Numbered from the stretch's first letter, positions 1 to 10,950 are shown. The stretch is 64,000 bases of DNA from Johnsonella sp. (GCA_030529445.1 JAUMWW010000002.1:54595-118594), one strand, 5' to 3'. Numbers and translations: made by a program. Notes: generated by a model not told the origin, from the sequence alone.

Positions 1-644
1 GCGATCACCTCTTTTGCCATGGAAATCAGTTCCTCGACGATGAGCGCTTTTTTATCTTCTCCATGTTTTTTATCAAAAATCAGGAGCGTGCTCAGCAGCA
101 TGCAGGTACAGGATCCCGTCATCGCAAATCCCTTATCGTTGGAATCCGCCGGCATCAGCGCCACATAGGCATTTTCCTTACCCTTCAGACTCTTTGCCAG
201 CTCTCCCTCCTGCGCGCAGGTAATGGCAAGATGATATGCATTTGTACATATTTGATTGACCAGTTTCACCGCCTGCAAGCTCTCGGGAGAGTTGCCGCTT
301 CTTGCAAAGGATACCAAAAGAGTCGGAACATCCCAGAGGTATACCTTAGGACTGGATACCAGATCCGTTGTCGCAACGGACTCGAAAGAAAACCTTTCGT
401 CCGCCTGGCTCAGCAGATACGGAAGAGCGATATTGCCCACATATTCGGAGCTTCCTGCTCCGGTAAAGATGACCCTGAGCTTTTTGCCTTCCTTCCCTAT
501 TCTGTTGAAGAAGTTTTCGATGGACTCCTTTTCCTTTTTATAATTTTCAAACGCCTCCTTCCATAAACGGGGTTGATTTGCAATCTCGCTCACCGTATGA
601 AAGGCCTTCAGACAATGAAGCTTTTCTTCTGTAAACTCAAACAT
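1..644 (-). CDS. agaS: SIS-domain sugar-phosphate isomerase/deaminase, AgaS-like. Gene runs off the window edge; only the 5' part is present.
   Basis: My own reverse-complement translation starts MFEFTEEKLHCLKAFHTVSEIANQPRLWKE...IFTGAGSSEYVGNIA...FARSGNSPESLQAVKLVNQ...YHLAITCAQEG...DKGFAMTGSCT. These are the conserved SIS motifs of E. coli AgaS. An AGGAGG RBS lies 6 nt upstream of the ATG at 644. The + strand ORF 63..566 is its antisense shadow. Confidence 0.75.
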   Translation of the reverse strand, partial: MFEFTEEKLHCLKAFHTVSEIANQPRLWKEAFENYKKEKESIENFFNRIGKEGKKLRVIFTGAGSSEYVGNIALPYLLSQADERFSFESVATTDLVSSPKVYLWDVPTLLVSFARSGNSPESLQAVKLVNQICTNAYHLAITCAQEGELAKSLKGKENAYVALMPADSNDKGFAMTGSCTCMLLSTLLIFDKKHGEDKKALIVEELISMAKEVI

Positions 645-864
645 AGCGCCTCCTGATTTAACTGTATAGGTTTTTATAACTGGTAATGACCTCTTCTATA
701 TTAAGCTATTCGTAAGAAAATGTAAAGCTTTTCATTCGAAAATTTCAGCATGCCGTATTGAAGCATATCATCTGATAAATAGCGGCATTCAGGCAAAAAA
801 GAGACCATCTCACCGTGATGATCTCTTTTTTTTCGAGCGCTTTTTATCCTGCTCTTCCTGATTT

Positions 865-1839
865 TCATATTGATTTCCGAGGGATCAGATCCACAATGAC
901 CAGCTCTGGTTTATTATTCAGCCTGATCTTGATGCTATGCGTTCCCAGGCCCGAAGAGATAATCATGCTGGTGGATCTTTTTTCTTTCAAGCCGTGCACA
1001 TGTCGATTAAAGAATTGGAACTGCGGAGTCATCAGCCCGATTTCCTTCCACAGCCGTATCGTTCCGCCGTGAAAATGACCCGAAAGCACCAAATCCGCGC
1101 CCCAGCGCGCATATGCATCCAGATAGAGGGGAGAATGGGCAAGCAGAATCTCGAAGCAGTCCTTTGAAGAAGGGCCGAGCCTCTCCTGAATATAGCCCGG
1201 ATCCATCTTTTTTCCGGAAAACTTTTTATAATACTCTTCATTGATATCCAACCCGCTGATTCGAATCCCCGCTCCTGCTCCTCTTTCATCCTCTCTCTTT
1301 TCGTTCTCTCTTTTTTCATTTTGTGCAAATTTGCAGTTCTTGATTGCAGGATCAAAGAGAGGAGGCTCATACATCGCAGAGGAATCGCTGAGATGGGAAA
1401 TCCCCAGACATTGGAGACTATAGGTTAAGAAAGCGTATTTATTTTGATATTTCTCCTTATTTTTCAGCCTCTGCTCATGATTTCCGTTTCCGTAATAAAC
1501 CGGATACTTTAAGGACAGTTCCCTGCAAAGACTGAGACCGGTCTCGAGCCTTGCCTGCTTCTTGACCAGAGGAAGATCTCCCCCGATCAATATAAGATCC
1601 GGAGCATATGCATCAATTCTCTTCAGAAGATCCTTATTCTTCTTTCCGAAGCGCATATCATGAAGATCCGTAAGAAAAGCGATCCGCCTTCTTCCCCTCA
1701 GCTTCTTGTCCGTCCGGATCTGATAATATGCCACGCTCAGAGATCTCTTTTCATACTCGGAACGAAGCAATGCAAGCAGCCCCGAAAGGAGGGCGGCCAA
1801 GCCCGCGATCTTTACGATTAAAAAATTTCTTTTCTTCAT
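865..1839 (-). CDS. Membrane-anchored metallophosphoesterase (calcineurin-like)
   Basis: N-terminal TM helix; motifs AFLTDLHD, LIGGDL, GNGNHE, LSGHFHGG. Its start abuts the stop of the upstream dacB-like gene, so they are probably co-transcribed. Confidence 0.7.
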   Translation of the reverse strand: MKKRNFLIVKIAGLAALLSGLLALLRSEYEKRSLSVAYYQIRTDKKLRGRRRIAFLTDLHDMRFGKKNKDLLKRIDAYAPDLILIGGDLPLVKKQARLETGLSLCRELSLKYPVYYGNGNHEQRLKNKEKYQNKYAFLTYSLQCLGISHLSDSSAMYEPPLFDPAIKNCKFAQNEKRENEKREDERGAGAGIRISGLDINEEYYKKFSGKKMDPGYIQERLGPSSKDCFEILLAHSPLYLDAYARWGADLVLSGHFHGGTIRLWKEIGLMTPQFQFFNRHVHGLKEKRSTSMIISSGLGTHSIKIRLNNKPELVIVDLIPRKSI

Positions 1840-3285
1840 TTATTCTATCCAGACGCCCTGCGCATCGACTTTGTAACCGTCGGGAGTCGTCGCGTCAACC
1901 AGCATCTTTCCGCTATCTGATAAATAATACCAAAGTTTCTTGTACTGGATCCAGGAAGAAGTCTGCATGCTTCCGTCTTCCCGAAAATAAAACCAATTTC
2001 CGAAAGCGTCCTGCCTCCAGCCCGTTCCCATATAAGCATCGGCGTCAAACCAGTAGTCCTTGGATTCGATCTTCAGGATTTCCGATTCCGCCCTCTTTCC
2101 GTTTTCTTTAATATAATACCAGCCTCTTACATCCAATACCCAACCTCGCTTCACCGGCTTTCCGGGACCGGAAAGCGAGGGCGATCCCGACTCCCTAAGA
2201 GCTTCTTGAGCATCGGCAGGGGCAGCTTCCTTTGTCTGCCCGGGTTGCGCCGCTTCTTCTTTCGGGAGGCTTTTTCCCACGGGACCGATTTTTCCGGCGG
2301 GAGCTTCTTTTACCGCCTCTTCTTTGCGGGGAGCTTCTTTTGCTCCCGTATTTTCTTGTGCTCCCGCGTTTTCTTTCGCTCCCCGGCTTTCTTTTTCCTC
2401 CGGCTTCCCGCTTCCTTCCTCTCCCTGATGATACAGAGCGAATCCGTAGTCCAAAAGCTTCTTTGTATCCGAATAATGCGTGCCCGAGCTCTTCAGGATA
2501 ACCGCAATAAGCTTTACATCCTCTCTTTGCGCAGCCGTAACCAAGGTGTTTCCGGCTTTCATCGTATAGCCGGTCTTGCCTCCTATGATGCCCTTATAAT
2601 ATCTGTAATCCGCCTCAAAAATCATCTTATGCCCCATGGTAAGCAGAACAGGTTTGGGATTATTCTTGATTGCCGGAAAAGAATAGGTTCTGGTGGAGAC
2701 AATTCCCTTAAAGACCTCATTCTCAAAGCAGGCTCTTGCAATCAAAGCCATATCTCTTGCCGTAGTATAATGAGAGTCGCTGTTGAGCCCGCTCGGATTG
2801 ACAAAGTTTGTATTCGTACAGCCGAGGGCCTTCGCTCTTTGATTCATCATCGCGGCAAAACCCTGTATGGATCCCCCCGTATGTTCGGCAAGACCGTTTG
2901 CCGCGTCATTGGCGGATCTGAGCATGAGCGCATAAAGACAGTCCTTTACGCTCACGCTGTCCCCCTCCGAAAGTCCGAGCTTTACGGCTCCCGATTCGAG
3001 ATTGGTCGTTGCCGTTTTGGAAAAATGAACCTTATCCTTGAAATCCGTATTTTCTATAACCAAAAGAGCCGTCATGATTTTAGTTATGGATGCGGGATAA
3101 AACCTCGTATCCGCATTTTTTTCAAACAATACCTCTCCCGTCTTCGCATCGACGAGAATGGCTCCCTGTGCCGCAATTTCCGGCTTTGAAGGATCGGCAA
3201 AGGCTTCCTTTTGCAAAAAGCATAAGCATAGATAGGATAATAATAACGTCCAAAGAAGCGTTTTTCTGATTATTTTTCTTCTCAT
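1840..3285 (-). CDS. dacB: Serine-type D-Ala-D-Ala carboxypeptidase (PBP5/DacB-like) fused to C-terminal cell-wall-binding repeats
   Basis: Signal peptide. SxxK active site ASITKIMTA; peptidase S11 core. Low-complexity E/K/A/P linker. C-terminus has GW..WYY/WF.F..DGSM repeats typical of choline/cell-wall-binding repeats. Confidence 0.75.
   Translation of the reverse strand: MRRKIIRKTLLWTLLLSYLCLCFLQKEAFADPSKPEIAAQGAILVDAKTGEVLFEKNADTRFYPASITKIMTALLVIENTDFKDKVHFSKTATTNLESGAVKLGLSEGDSVSVKDCLYALMLRSANDAANGLAEHTGGSIQGFAAMMNQRAKALGCTNTNFVNPSGLNSDSHYTTARDMALIARACFENEVFKGIVSTRTYSFPAIKNNPKPVLLTMGHKMIFEADYRYYKGIIGGKTGYTMKAGNTLVTAAQREDVKLIAVILKSSGTHYSDTKKLLDYGFALYHQGEEGSGKPEEKESRGAKENAGAQENTGAKEAPRKEEAVKEAPAGKIGPVGKSLPKEEAAQPGQTKEAAPADAQEALRESGSPSLSGPGKPVKRGWVLDVRGWYYIKENGKRAESEILKIESKDYWFDADAYMGTGWRQDAFGNWFYFREDGSMQTSSWIQYKKLWYYLSDSGKMLVDATTPDGYKVDAQGVWIE
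2190..2430 (-). repeat. Low-complexity imperfect tandem repeat encoding the E/K/A/G/P-rich linker of the carboxypeptidase
   Basis: Reiterated gggagcttcttt / gctcccg units on the + strand. They translate to GAKE/KEAP-like repeats. Confidence 0.4.
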
Positions 3286-3305
3286 ATATCACTGCCCCAA
3301 TTTTT

Positions 3306-3953
3306 TTAGTTTACCGGCAATACATCCAGGCTGTAAATTCCCACCGGTGAATCCGCGTTCAGGGTTCTTCCCTCATTCAGCGCAATAATAAACATATAGC
3401 CCTCGCTGACAAACTCCAGAGTTTCCTGATCCTTCTTTCCTATCGTGAATTCGCTCTCGTCCACATTTTTATTATAGGAAACATCCTCAGCGCTAAGCGA
3501 ATTGAGGAAGTCCTCAGACTTGATCTCTTCCTTCCCGATTCCCCAAAGATCCCCCATCGTTGTCGTAACCACCCAGCAAAGACCTGCCTCGTCCGCCTCT
3601 CCCTGCTCCGGATAAAGCACGAACATTCTGTCCGGATCCTTATAATACAATATGCTCGATATCTCGTCTTTCTTTTCCTCCGCCGGCGCGCCCAGTTCCA
3701 GCAGAATCGAGTCGTAATCTCCGCCCACATGGTTTGCCACGTCGAAATTCAACTCCACTCCTTCTACCTTCTTGTCCTTATTCTGCTCCGCCTCCGTGCT
3801 GCTCTCCTGTGTTTCCTTCGCGCTGCTTTCCTCTGCCGTACTGCTCTGAGCCGATGTGCTTTCCTCCTCTGCCTTCTTTGCGCATCCCGCTGCTCCGAGA
3901 GACGAAAGCGCTAATACCAGTGCCGCACATATAAGTATGTTTTTCTTTTTCAT
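3306..3953 (-). CDS. Hypothetical lipoprotein
   Basis: Signal peptide with lipobox (LGAAGC). Acidic S/T/E-rich low-complexity region after the lipidated Cys. No recognisable catalytic motif. Confidence 0.55.
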   Translation of the reverse strand: MKKKNILICAALVLALSSLGAAGCAKKAEEESTSAQSSTAEESSAKETQESSTEAEQNKDKKVEGVELNFDVANHVGGDYDSILLELGAPAEEKKDEISSILYYKDPDRMFVLYPEQGEADEAGLCWVVTTTMGDLWGIGKEEIKSEDFLNSLSAEDVSYNKNVDESEFTIGKKDQETLEFVSEGYMFIIALNEGRTLNADSPVGIYSLDVLPVN

Positions 3954-4160
3954 GTCTTATCCTCCCTGATAGAAAATAGTTAAGCAAATCATCCGCCTAT
4001 GCTTATCAATATTCCGGCTCATCCTGCAATTTGCCGATTTTACTAAGACTTTAGCATAGTTAAATGATAAAAGCCATAGAAAACTTCTTATAATTTGTTT
4101 AACACTTCGATTAGAGCAATAAAAACGACCGCAGATTTACATCCGCAGCCGTTTCTCCTG

Positions 4161-4949
4161 CTAAGCTCCGATCAGCCCGAGCTTTCGGCAGGCATTGAAT
4201 ATTCCGTCCTTATCGATATCATCCGTAATCAGATCCGCGATCTCTTTAAGCGCATCGACCGCATTTCCCATCGCCACGCCGATTCCCGCCTCCGAGAGAA
4301 TCTCATAATCATTCATCGAATCTCCGAAAGCTACGGTATCAGCAAGAGCAATGCCGAAATAATCGCAAAGCTTTTTCAATCCCTCCGCCTTGCTGTTTCC
4401 GTGCTCTATGACGTCCGCTCCGCTCACTCCGGCAAAGGACCTGCATTTGAGAGCGGGAAAATGCTTCTCGATTTCCCTTGCCCCCTCTTCATAGCCCACA
4501 TATGCCAAGGTTCCGATATCCAGATCGATGAGGCGCTGCGGATCCGCAAACCTCCGCCATGACTGTCCCCATGATTTGATGTCGAATTCTCTGACCTTCT
4601 CCGGGTGCAGATAATAATCTTCCTCTCCCACGGTTACCCCTATGGAGTACTCTCTTTCGAGACAAAAATCGATCAGCCTTCTCAGGAGCCGCTTATCAAA
4701 ATAATGCCGGTAAATCAGTTCCTCTCCTATCGTAATCTTCGTTCCGTTCAGCTCGATCATCGCATCGGGGCGAATCATTTCATAAAACGGCTTTCCGTGA
4801 TGATTTCCCATATCTCTTCCGGTCGCAATCACGATCTTATGCCCGTTTGCTCTGAGCAGATCGAGCGCTCTGAGCGCCGAATCCGGTATTTTGTAATCCG
4901 CATGATTCAGCAATGTCATATCCAAGTCGAAACTTATTATTTTTTTCAT
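4161..4949 (-). CDS. Cof-type HAD-IIB family phosphatase
   Basis: FDLDMTLL (DxD) motif I, ATGR motif II, FGDSMNDYEIL motif IV. Confidence 0.8.
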   Translation of the reverse strand: MKKIISFDLDMTLLNHADYKIPDSALRALDLLRANGHKIVIATGRDMGNHHGKPFYEMIRPDAMIELNGTKITIGEELIYRHYFDKRLLRRLIDFCLEREYSIGVTVGEEDYYLHPEKVREFDIKSWGQSWRRFADPQRLIDLDIGTLAYVGYEEGAREIEKHFPALKCRSFAGVSGADVIEHGNSKAEGLKKLCDYFGIALADTVAFGDSMNDYEILSEAGIGVAMGNAVDALKEIADLITDDIDKDGIFNACRKLGLIGA

Positions 4950-4979
4950 TCCGGTCTTTCTTTCCCGCTTTGCCTTTTC

Positions 4980-7445
4980 TTAAAGCGATTCTTCCAAAGA
5001 AACCCTTACCTTCTTCAGGTGCCAGATATCCCTCACATATTCCTCTATCGTTCTGTCCGAAGAAAACTTTCCGCAGGACGCGGTCTGTAAAAATGCCATC
5101 TTTGCCCAGCGCTTCTTATCCCTGTAAGCTTTGTCCACTTCCTCATGGGCATTTGCATATGCACGGAAATCCTTAAGAATGAAATACACATCCGCGCGAT
5201 CTCCCCCGATCGGATAGAGAAGGGAATCATAAATTTCTTTGAACATCCCCGCATTTTCGGCAGAGAAATATCCGTTGGTCAGCTGCATCAGAACCTTTCT
5301 GATTTCGGGATCCTGATTAAAGATTTCCAGAGGATCGTAGCCTCCGTTCTGCTCGTAGGCGATCACCTCATCTGAGGATAATCCGAAGATAAAGGCATTA
5401 TCCCTTCCCACCTCTTCTACGATCTCGACGTTTGCTCCGTCCATCGTACCCAGAGTGGGCGCTCCGTTCAGCATAAACTTCATGTTTCCGGTTCCGGAAG
5501 CCTCCTTGCTTGCCGTCGATATCTGCTCGCTGACATCCGCTCCGGCAAAGATGATCTCCGCACTGGAAACCTTGTAATCTTCGATGAATACGACCTTGAT
5601 CTTTCCGTTTATGGAAGCATCATTATTGATCACATCCGCAACCGCATTGATCAGCTTGATCGTCAGCTTCGCTCTTCTATAGCCTGCCGCAGCCTTCGCA
5701 CCGAAAATAAAGGTTCTCGGATACATATCGAATCCGCTGTCATCCTTAAGTTTATTGTACAGATACATGATATGCAGGATGTTTAAAAGCTGACGCTTAT
5801 ACTCGTGAAGGCGCTTTACCTGAACATCGAAAATCGAATTGGGATCGACATCGATATTGTTTTTCTCCTTGATCAGTTTTGCCAGCCTGAGTTTGTTTTT
5901 ATGCTTGATCTCCATAAACTCCGCCAGAGCCTGCTCATCATCGGAGAATTGATTGAGCTTTGAGATGCTTGCCAGGTTGCAGATCCAGTCCTCGCCGATC
6001 TTCTTGCTGATCCATTTTGCCAGCAGGGGATTGGCATGCAGCATGAATCTTCTCTGCGTGATTCCGTTGGTCTTATTATTGAACTTCTGCGGCATCATCC
6101 GGTAGAAATCCTTCAGCTCCTGATTTTTCAGGATCTCGGTATGCAGCCTCGCCACGCCGTTTACCGAAAAGCTGCCGACAATCGCCATATATGCCATTCT
6201 CACCTGACCCTCGTATAATACCGCCATTTTGGCGATCTTATCCTGATCGTTCGGATATTTTTCTTCGATCTGCGCAACAAATCTTCGATTGATCTCCTCC
6301 ACGATCTGGTACACTCTGGGAAGCAGCCTGGAGAAGAGATCGATGGGCCATTTCTCAAGCGCCTCCGACATAATGGTATGATTGGTATAGGCACAGGTCC
6401 TGGTCGTAATATCCCATGCCTCGTCCCAATTCAGCCCCTCCTCGTCCAGCAATATCCTCATCAGCTCCGGTACGGTTACCGTAGGATGCGTATCATTCAT
6501 CTGGAATACCACCTTTTCGGGGAGCAGCCTGATATCCTCATGTTTTTCCTTAAATTTTGCAATCGCCCTCTGCACGCTTGCCGAGATAAAGAAATACTGC
6601 TGTTTTAAGCGAAGTTCTTTTCCCGCATAATGATTGTCGTTTGGATAAAGCACCTCCACGATGGTTCTTGCCAGATTTTCCTGCTCTACCGCCTTCTGGT
6701 ACTCTCCCTTATCAAAATGCGCAAGACTGAAATTGGTAATTGCCTCCGCATCCCAGATTCTTAAGGTATTGACAATATTGTTCTCGTATCCGACGATGGG
6801 CATATCATAGGGGATTGCTCTGACCGAGCCGTAGTTTTCGTGAATAAATCTCTCCTCGCCGTTTTCCGTCTCTACCCTGACATTTCCTCCGAAACGAACC
6901 TCACATGCGTATTCCGGTCTCTTCATCTCGAAGGGATAGGGGTTTTTAAGCCATTCATCCGGCACCTCTATCTGATAGCCCTTCTCTATCTTCTGCTTGA
7001 ACATTCCGTAACGGTAGCGAATGCCGCAGCCGTATGCCGGATATCCCAGAGAAGCGAGCGAATCCAAAAAGCATGCCGCAAGCCTTCCGAGGCCTCCGTT
7101 GCCCAGCGCCGGATCGGGCTCCTGATCCTCGATCAGATTCAGATCGAAGCCGAGCTCGTCCAATGCCTCCTTTACTTCCTCAAAGGCGCCGATATTGATT
7201 ATATTATTTCCGAGAGCACGTCCCATCAGAAATTCCATCGACATATAGTAAAGGATCTTGCTGTCCTGCTTTTCATATTCGTTATGCGTTGCAATCCAGC
7301 GATCGATCACCAGATCCTTCACGGAATTCGAAACCGCCTGAAAAATCTGCTCTGCACTTGCCTCTTCCAAAGTCTTTCTATAAAGAATCTTTACATTATC
7401 CTCTATGGACTTCTTAAATATTTCTTTATCTATTACCTTCTTCAT
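4980..7445 (-). CDS. glgP: Glycogen/alpha-glucan phosphorylase
   Basis: 821 aa. Pyridoxal-phosphate site EASGTGNMKFMLNGA and a GT35 family-wide match. Confidence 0.95.
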   Translation of the reverse strand: MKKVIDKEIFKKSIEDNVKILYRKTLEEASAEQIFQAVSNSVKDLVIDRWIATHNEYEKQDSKILYYMSMEFLMGRALGNNIINIGAFEEVKEALDELGFDLNLIEDQEPDPALGNGGLGRLAACFLDSLASLGYPAYGCGIRYRYGMFKQKIEKGYQIEVPDEWLKNPYPFEMKRPEYACEVRFGGNVRVETENGEERFIHENYGSVRAIPYDMPIVGYENNIVNTLRIWDAEAITNFSLAHFDKGEYQKAVEQENLARTIVEVLYPNDNHYAGKELRLKQQYFFISASVQRAIAKFKEKHEDIRLLPEKVVFQMNDTHPTVTVPELMRILLDEEGLNWDEAWDITTRTCAYTNHTIMSEALEKWPIDLFSRLLPRVYQIVEEINRRFVAQIEEKYPNDQDKIAKMAVLYEGQVRMAYMAIVGSFSVNGVARLHTEILKNQELKDFYRMMPQKFNNKTNGITQRRFMLHANPLLAKWISKKIGEDWICNLASISKLNQFSDDEQALAEFMEIKHKNKLRLAKLIKEKNNIDVDPNSIFDVQVKRLHEYKRQLLNILHIMYLYNKLKDDSGFDMYPRTFIFGAKAAAGYRRAKLTIKLINAVADVINNDASINGKIKVVFIEDYKVSSAEIIFAGADVSEQISTASKEASGTGNMKFMLNGAPTLGTMDGANVEIVEEVGRDNAFIFGLSSDEVIAYEQNGGYDPLEIFNQDPEIRKVLMQLTNGYFSAENAGMFKEIYDSLLYPIGGDRADVYFILKDFRAYANAHEEVDKAYRDKKRWAKMAFLQTASCGKFSSDRTIEEYVRDIWHLKKVRVSLEESL

Positions 7446-7463
7446 TTAATTCCTCCAAATTGC

Positions 7464-10400
7464 TTAAATCTTTGAAACTCCGAGTATAACATCTTCTCCG
7501 TTTAAGTTCCACTCTTTTTTATAACCGGAGAGCTCTTTTGTGCTTATTTCGTCCGCAAGAACCTCGGATTTGATCATTTCCAGATTATCCTTTATGATTC
7601 CCTCGATTCTTGCATTGCCCGTCTGGGAAAGGAGAATATGATCCGTTACCTCGAATCCTGCTTCCTTCCTCATCGTCTGCACCTTGCTGATCAGTTCTCT
7701 GACAAAGCCCTCATTAATCAGCTCATCGCTCATTCGAATATCCAAAACCACCGTGGTCCTCGCATCTCCGTCGGATACAAAATCCTCGCTCTTTACCGTA
7801 TCGATCAAAAGATCCTCTCTGCCCAGCACAACAGGCTCTCCCTTGAGTTCAAGCCTTAATACGCCTTCGCGGTTGAGCCGGTTCATCGCTTCGTTGCCCT
7901 TAAGCTCGGAAAGCGCGGTTTTGATCTCCCCGAGCAGCTTGCCGTATTTCGGGCCTACGGTCTTTAACTGGGGCTTAAATACATAGCTCACGAATTCATC
8001 CACATCGTTTTTGAATTCTATCGATTTTACATTGAGCTCATCCTTGATGATATCCGTATAAAATCTGTCCAAGCTCCTCGGCGCCTTCACATACATTCCG
8101 GCAAGCGGCTGGCGGTTCTTGACATTTGCCGCATTTCTTGCCGCACGTCCGAATACGACGATATCAAGCACCTCGTCCATATCCTCCTCGAGCTTCTTAT
8201 TGATGAAGCTCTCCTTTGCAATCGGGAAATCACAAAGATGTATGCTCTCTTTTGCCTCCTTATCGACGCTTCTTACCATATTCTGATAAATCGCCTCCGT
8301 AATAAAGGGAATCATCGGAGCCGCAAGCCTGCAAAGGCTTTCCAATGCGGTATAAAGCGTCATATACGCATTGATCTTATCCTGCTCCATTCCCTTTGCC
8401 CAGAATCTCTCTCTGCAGCGGCGCACATACCAGTTGCTCATCGCATCCGTAAAGTTCTGCAGCGCTCTTGCCGCCTCGGTGATCTTATAATTGTTCAGAT
8501 TCTCATCGACCTCGCGAATCAGGGTATTGAGCTTGGAGAGGAGCCATTTATCCATGACCGAAAGCTTTTCAAACGCAAGCTCATGTTTTGTCGGGTCGAA
8601 TTGATCGATTTCCGCATAGAGAATATAAAATGCATAGGTATTCCAAAGCGTTCCCATGAATTTTCTCTGCCCCTCGGAAACTGCCTTGCCGTGGAAACGG
8701 TTCGGAAGCCAGGGAGCGGAATTCACATAAAAATACCAGCGGATCGCATCCGCGCCGTACTCGCCCAGCGCCTCCATAGGATCGACCGAATTGCCCTTGG
8801 ACTTGCTCATTTTCTGCCCGTTCTCATCCTGCACATGCCCCATGACGATAACGTTCTTATACGGAGCCTGATTAAAGATCAGGGTGGAAATCGCAAGCAA
8901 AGAATAGAACCATCCTCTGGTCTGATCCACCGCCTCCGAGATGAAATCCGCGGGGAACTGAGCCTCGAATAATTCCTTGTTTTCAAAGGGATAATGATGC
9001 TGCGCAAATGGCATCGCACCGGAATCGAACCAGCAGTCTATAACCTCCGGAGTCCTCTGCATCTGCCCTCCGCATTTTTCGCATCTGATCTTTACCTCGT
9101 CGATATAGGGTCTGTGCAGCTCTATATTCTCCGGGCAATTATCCGACATGGACCTAAGCTCCTCTATGCTTCCTATGCTATGCATATGGCCGCAGTCACA
9201 GATCCATATATTCAGCGGAGTTCCCCAATATCTGTTTCTGGATATCGCCCAGTCCTGAACATTCTCCAGCCAGTCTCCGAATCTTCCCTTTCCTATGCTT
9301 TCCGGAATCCAGTTGATCGTATTATTGTTCCGGATCAGATCCTCTTTCACCGCGCTCATCTTGATATACCAGGATTCTCTCGCGTAATAAATGAGCGGGG
9401 TCGAGCATCTCCAGCAATGAGGATAGCTATGCTCGAAATCCGGTGCGCAGAAGAGCTTTCCGCTCTCCTCAAGATCCTGCAGGATCAGCGGGTCCGCCTT
9501 CTTGACAAAGACGCCCGGCCATTTGGTCTCCTCTGTCATCTCTCCCTTGCTGTCAACCAGCTGCACGAAGGGAAGGTCATACTTTTTTCCTACTCTGGAG
9601 TCGTCCTCACCGAAAGCCGGAGCCGTATGCACGATACCGGTACCGTCCGTCAGGGTTACATAATGATCGCATACGACGAACCATGCCTTCTTGTCGGTTT
9701 TGACAAAATCAAAGAGGGGCTCGTATTCCTTATATTCCAGGCTCTTTCCGCTGAAACTCTCCAGAATTTCGTAATTCTCCTTCAACACGCTCTCACAGAG
9801 CGCCTCCGCCATGATATAGGTATGCTCTCCCTGCCTCACGCGCACATAGCTCTCATCCGGATTAACGCAGAGCGCGACATTGCTCGGCAAAGTCCAGGGC
9901 GTCGTCGTCCATGCAAGAAAATATGCGTCCTCTCCCTTTACCTTAAATCTTACAATCGCCGAACGCTCCTTGATATCCTTATAGCCCTGAGCCACCTCAT
10001 GGCTGGAGAGAGGGGTTCCGCATCTCGGGCAATAGGGAACGATCTTGAAGCCCTTATAAAGAAGACCCTTTTCCCAGATCTGCTTCAATGCCCAAAATTC
10101 GGATTCGATAAATTCATTATGATAGGTTACATAGGGATTTTCCATATCCGCCCAAAATCCGACTACAGAGGAAAATTCCTCCCACATTCCCTTGTACTGC
10201 CATACGCTCTTCTTGCATTCCTCGATAAAGGGAGCAAGCCCGTACTCCTCGATCTGTTCCTTTCCGTCCAGTCCGAGCGCCTTCTCGACCTCAAGCTCCA
10301 CCGGCAGTCCGTGCGTATCCCAGCCCGCCTTTCTGGGAACCTTCGATCCCTTCATCGTCCGATACCTCGGGATCATATCCTTGATCACCCTGGTTAAAAC

Positions 10401-10575
10401 ATGACCGATATGGGGCTTTCCGTTTGCCGTCGGCGGTCCGTCATAAAACATATAGGTCGGAGCATCCTTTCTCGTCTCTATACTCTTTTCAAAGATTGCT
10501 TCCTTCTTCCAAAACGCTTCTATTTCTTTCTCTCTCTCAACAAATTTCAAATCCGTCGATACTTTTTTATACATT
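7464..10575 (-). CDS. ileS: Isoleucine--tRNA ligase, long (type 2-like) form
   Basis: HIGH motif (PHIGHV), KMSKS motif, class I editing domain. The track ORF extends to 10631, but the ATG at 10575 (MYKKVST...) is preceded by an AAGGAAGGGAAG RBS. About 1036 aa. Confidence 0.9.
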
Positions 10576-10918
10576 GCTTCCCTTCCTTTTCTCTTTGATT
10601 CTTTTTTGCATTCTTTACCTGTTTTTTCCAAAATATAAAATGCCCCATCCTGCGAACAGGACGAGGCCTAAGCTTCGTTTAAAACCACCTATCACAGCAT
10701 ACAGGCATATGCCTTCCCTTTAACGCAGGACTGCGGCTTAGCCTAGTACAGGATTCTGCACGGAAAAGGATTCCGATTGCCAGATGCCGATCCCTGTCTT
10801 CGGTAAGCGACTCGGGAGTGATTTTCATCCGTACCTTCCGCACCGGGCTCCCACCATCCCCGGCTCGCTATGCCTTCTTGATACGATTACTCTCTCCGTC
10901 AAAGTCTTTGACCTACCC
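10576..10918 (-). promoter_or_regulatory. Long 5' leader of ileS; candidate T-box-type leader, not confirmed
   Basis: About 340-nt untranslated leader between a strong promoter and the ileS start. It contains AGAGA, AUC triplets, a GGUGG-containing segment and a GC hairpin just upstream of the RBS. I could not find the canonical T-box antiterminator sequence by eye. Confidence 0.3.
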
Positions 10919-10950
10919 ATTATATATATGCAATATCACTCTGTCAAGCT
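10915..10950 (-). promoter_or_regulatory. Sigma-A type promoter for ileS
   Basis: Minus strand reads TTGACA-17 nt-TATAAT (-35 at 10942..10947, -10 at 10919..10924). Confidence 0.6.

Noticed and set aside
63-566. 167-aa + strand ORF at the left edge
   Set aside because: It lies entirely antisense to a well-supported AgaS-like SIS-domain gene (minus strand, strong RBS, conserved motifs). It has no RBS and its composition is Arg/Leu-rich, typical of a shadow ORF.
4095-4160. Apparent hairpin downstream of the HAD phosphatase gene
   Set aside because: The repeated ccgcag elements are direct rather than inverted repeats, so no stable terminator stem forms.
8994-10397. 467-aa + strand ORF
   Set aside because: Antisense to ileS; it is a shadow ORF of a long, highly conserved gene.
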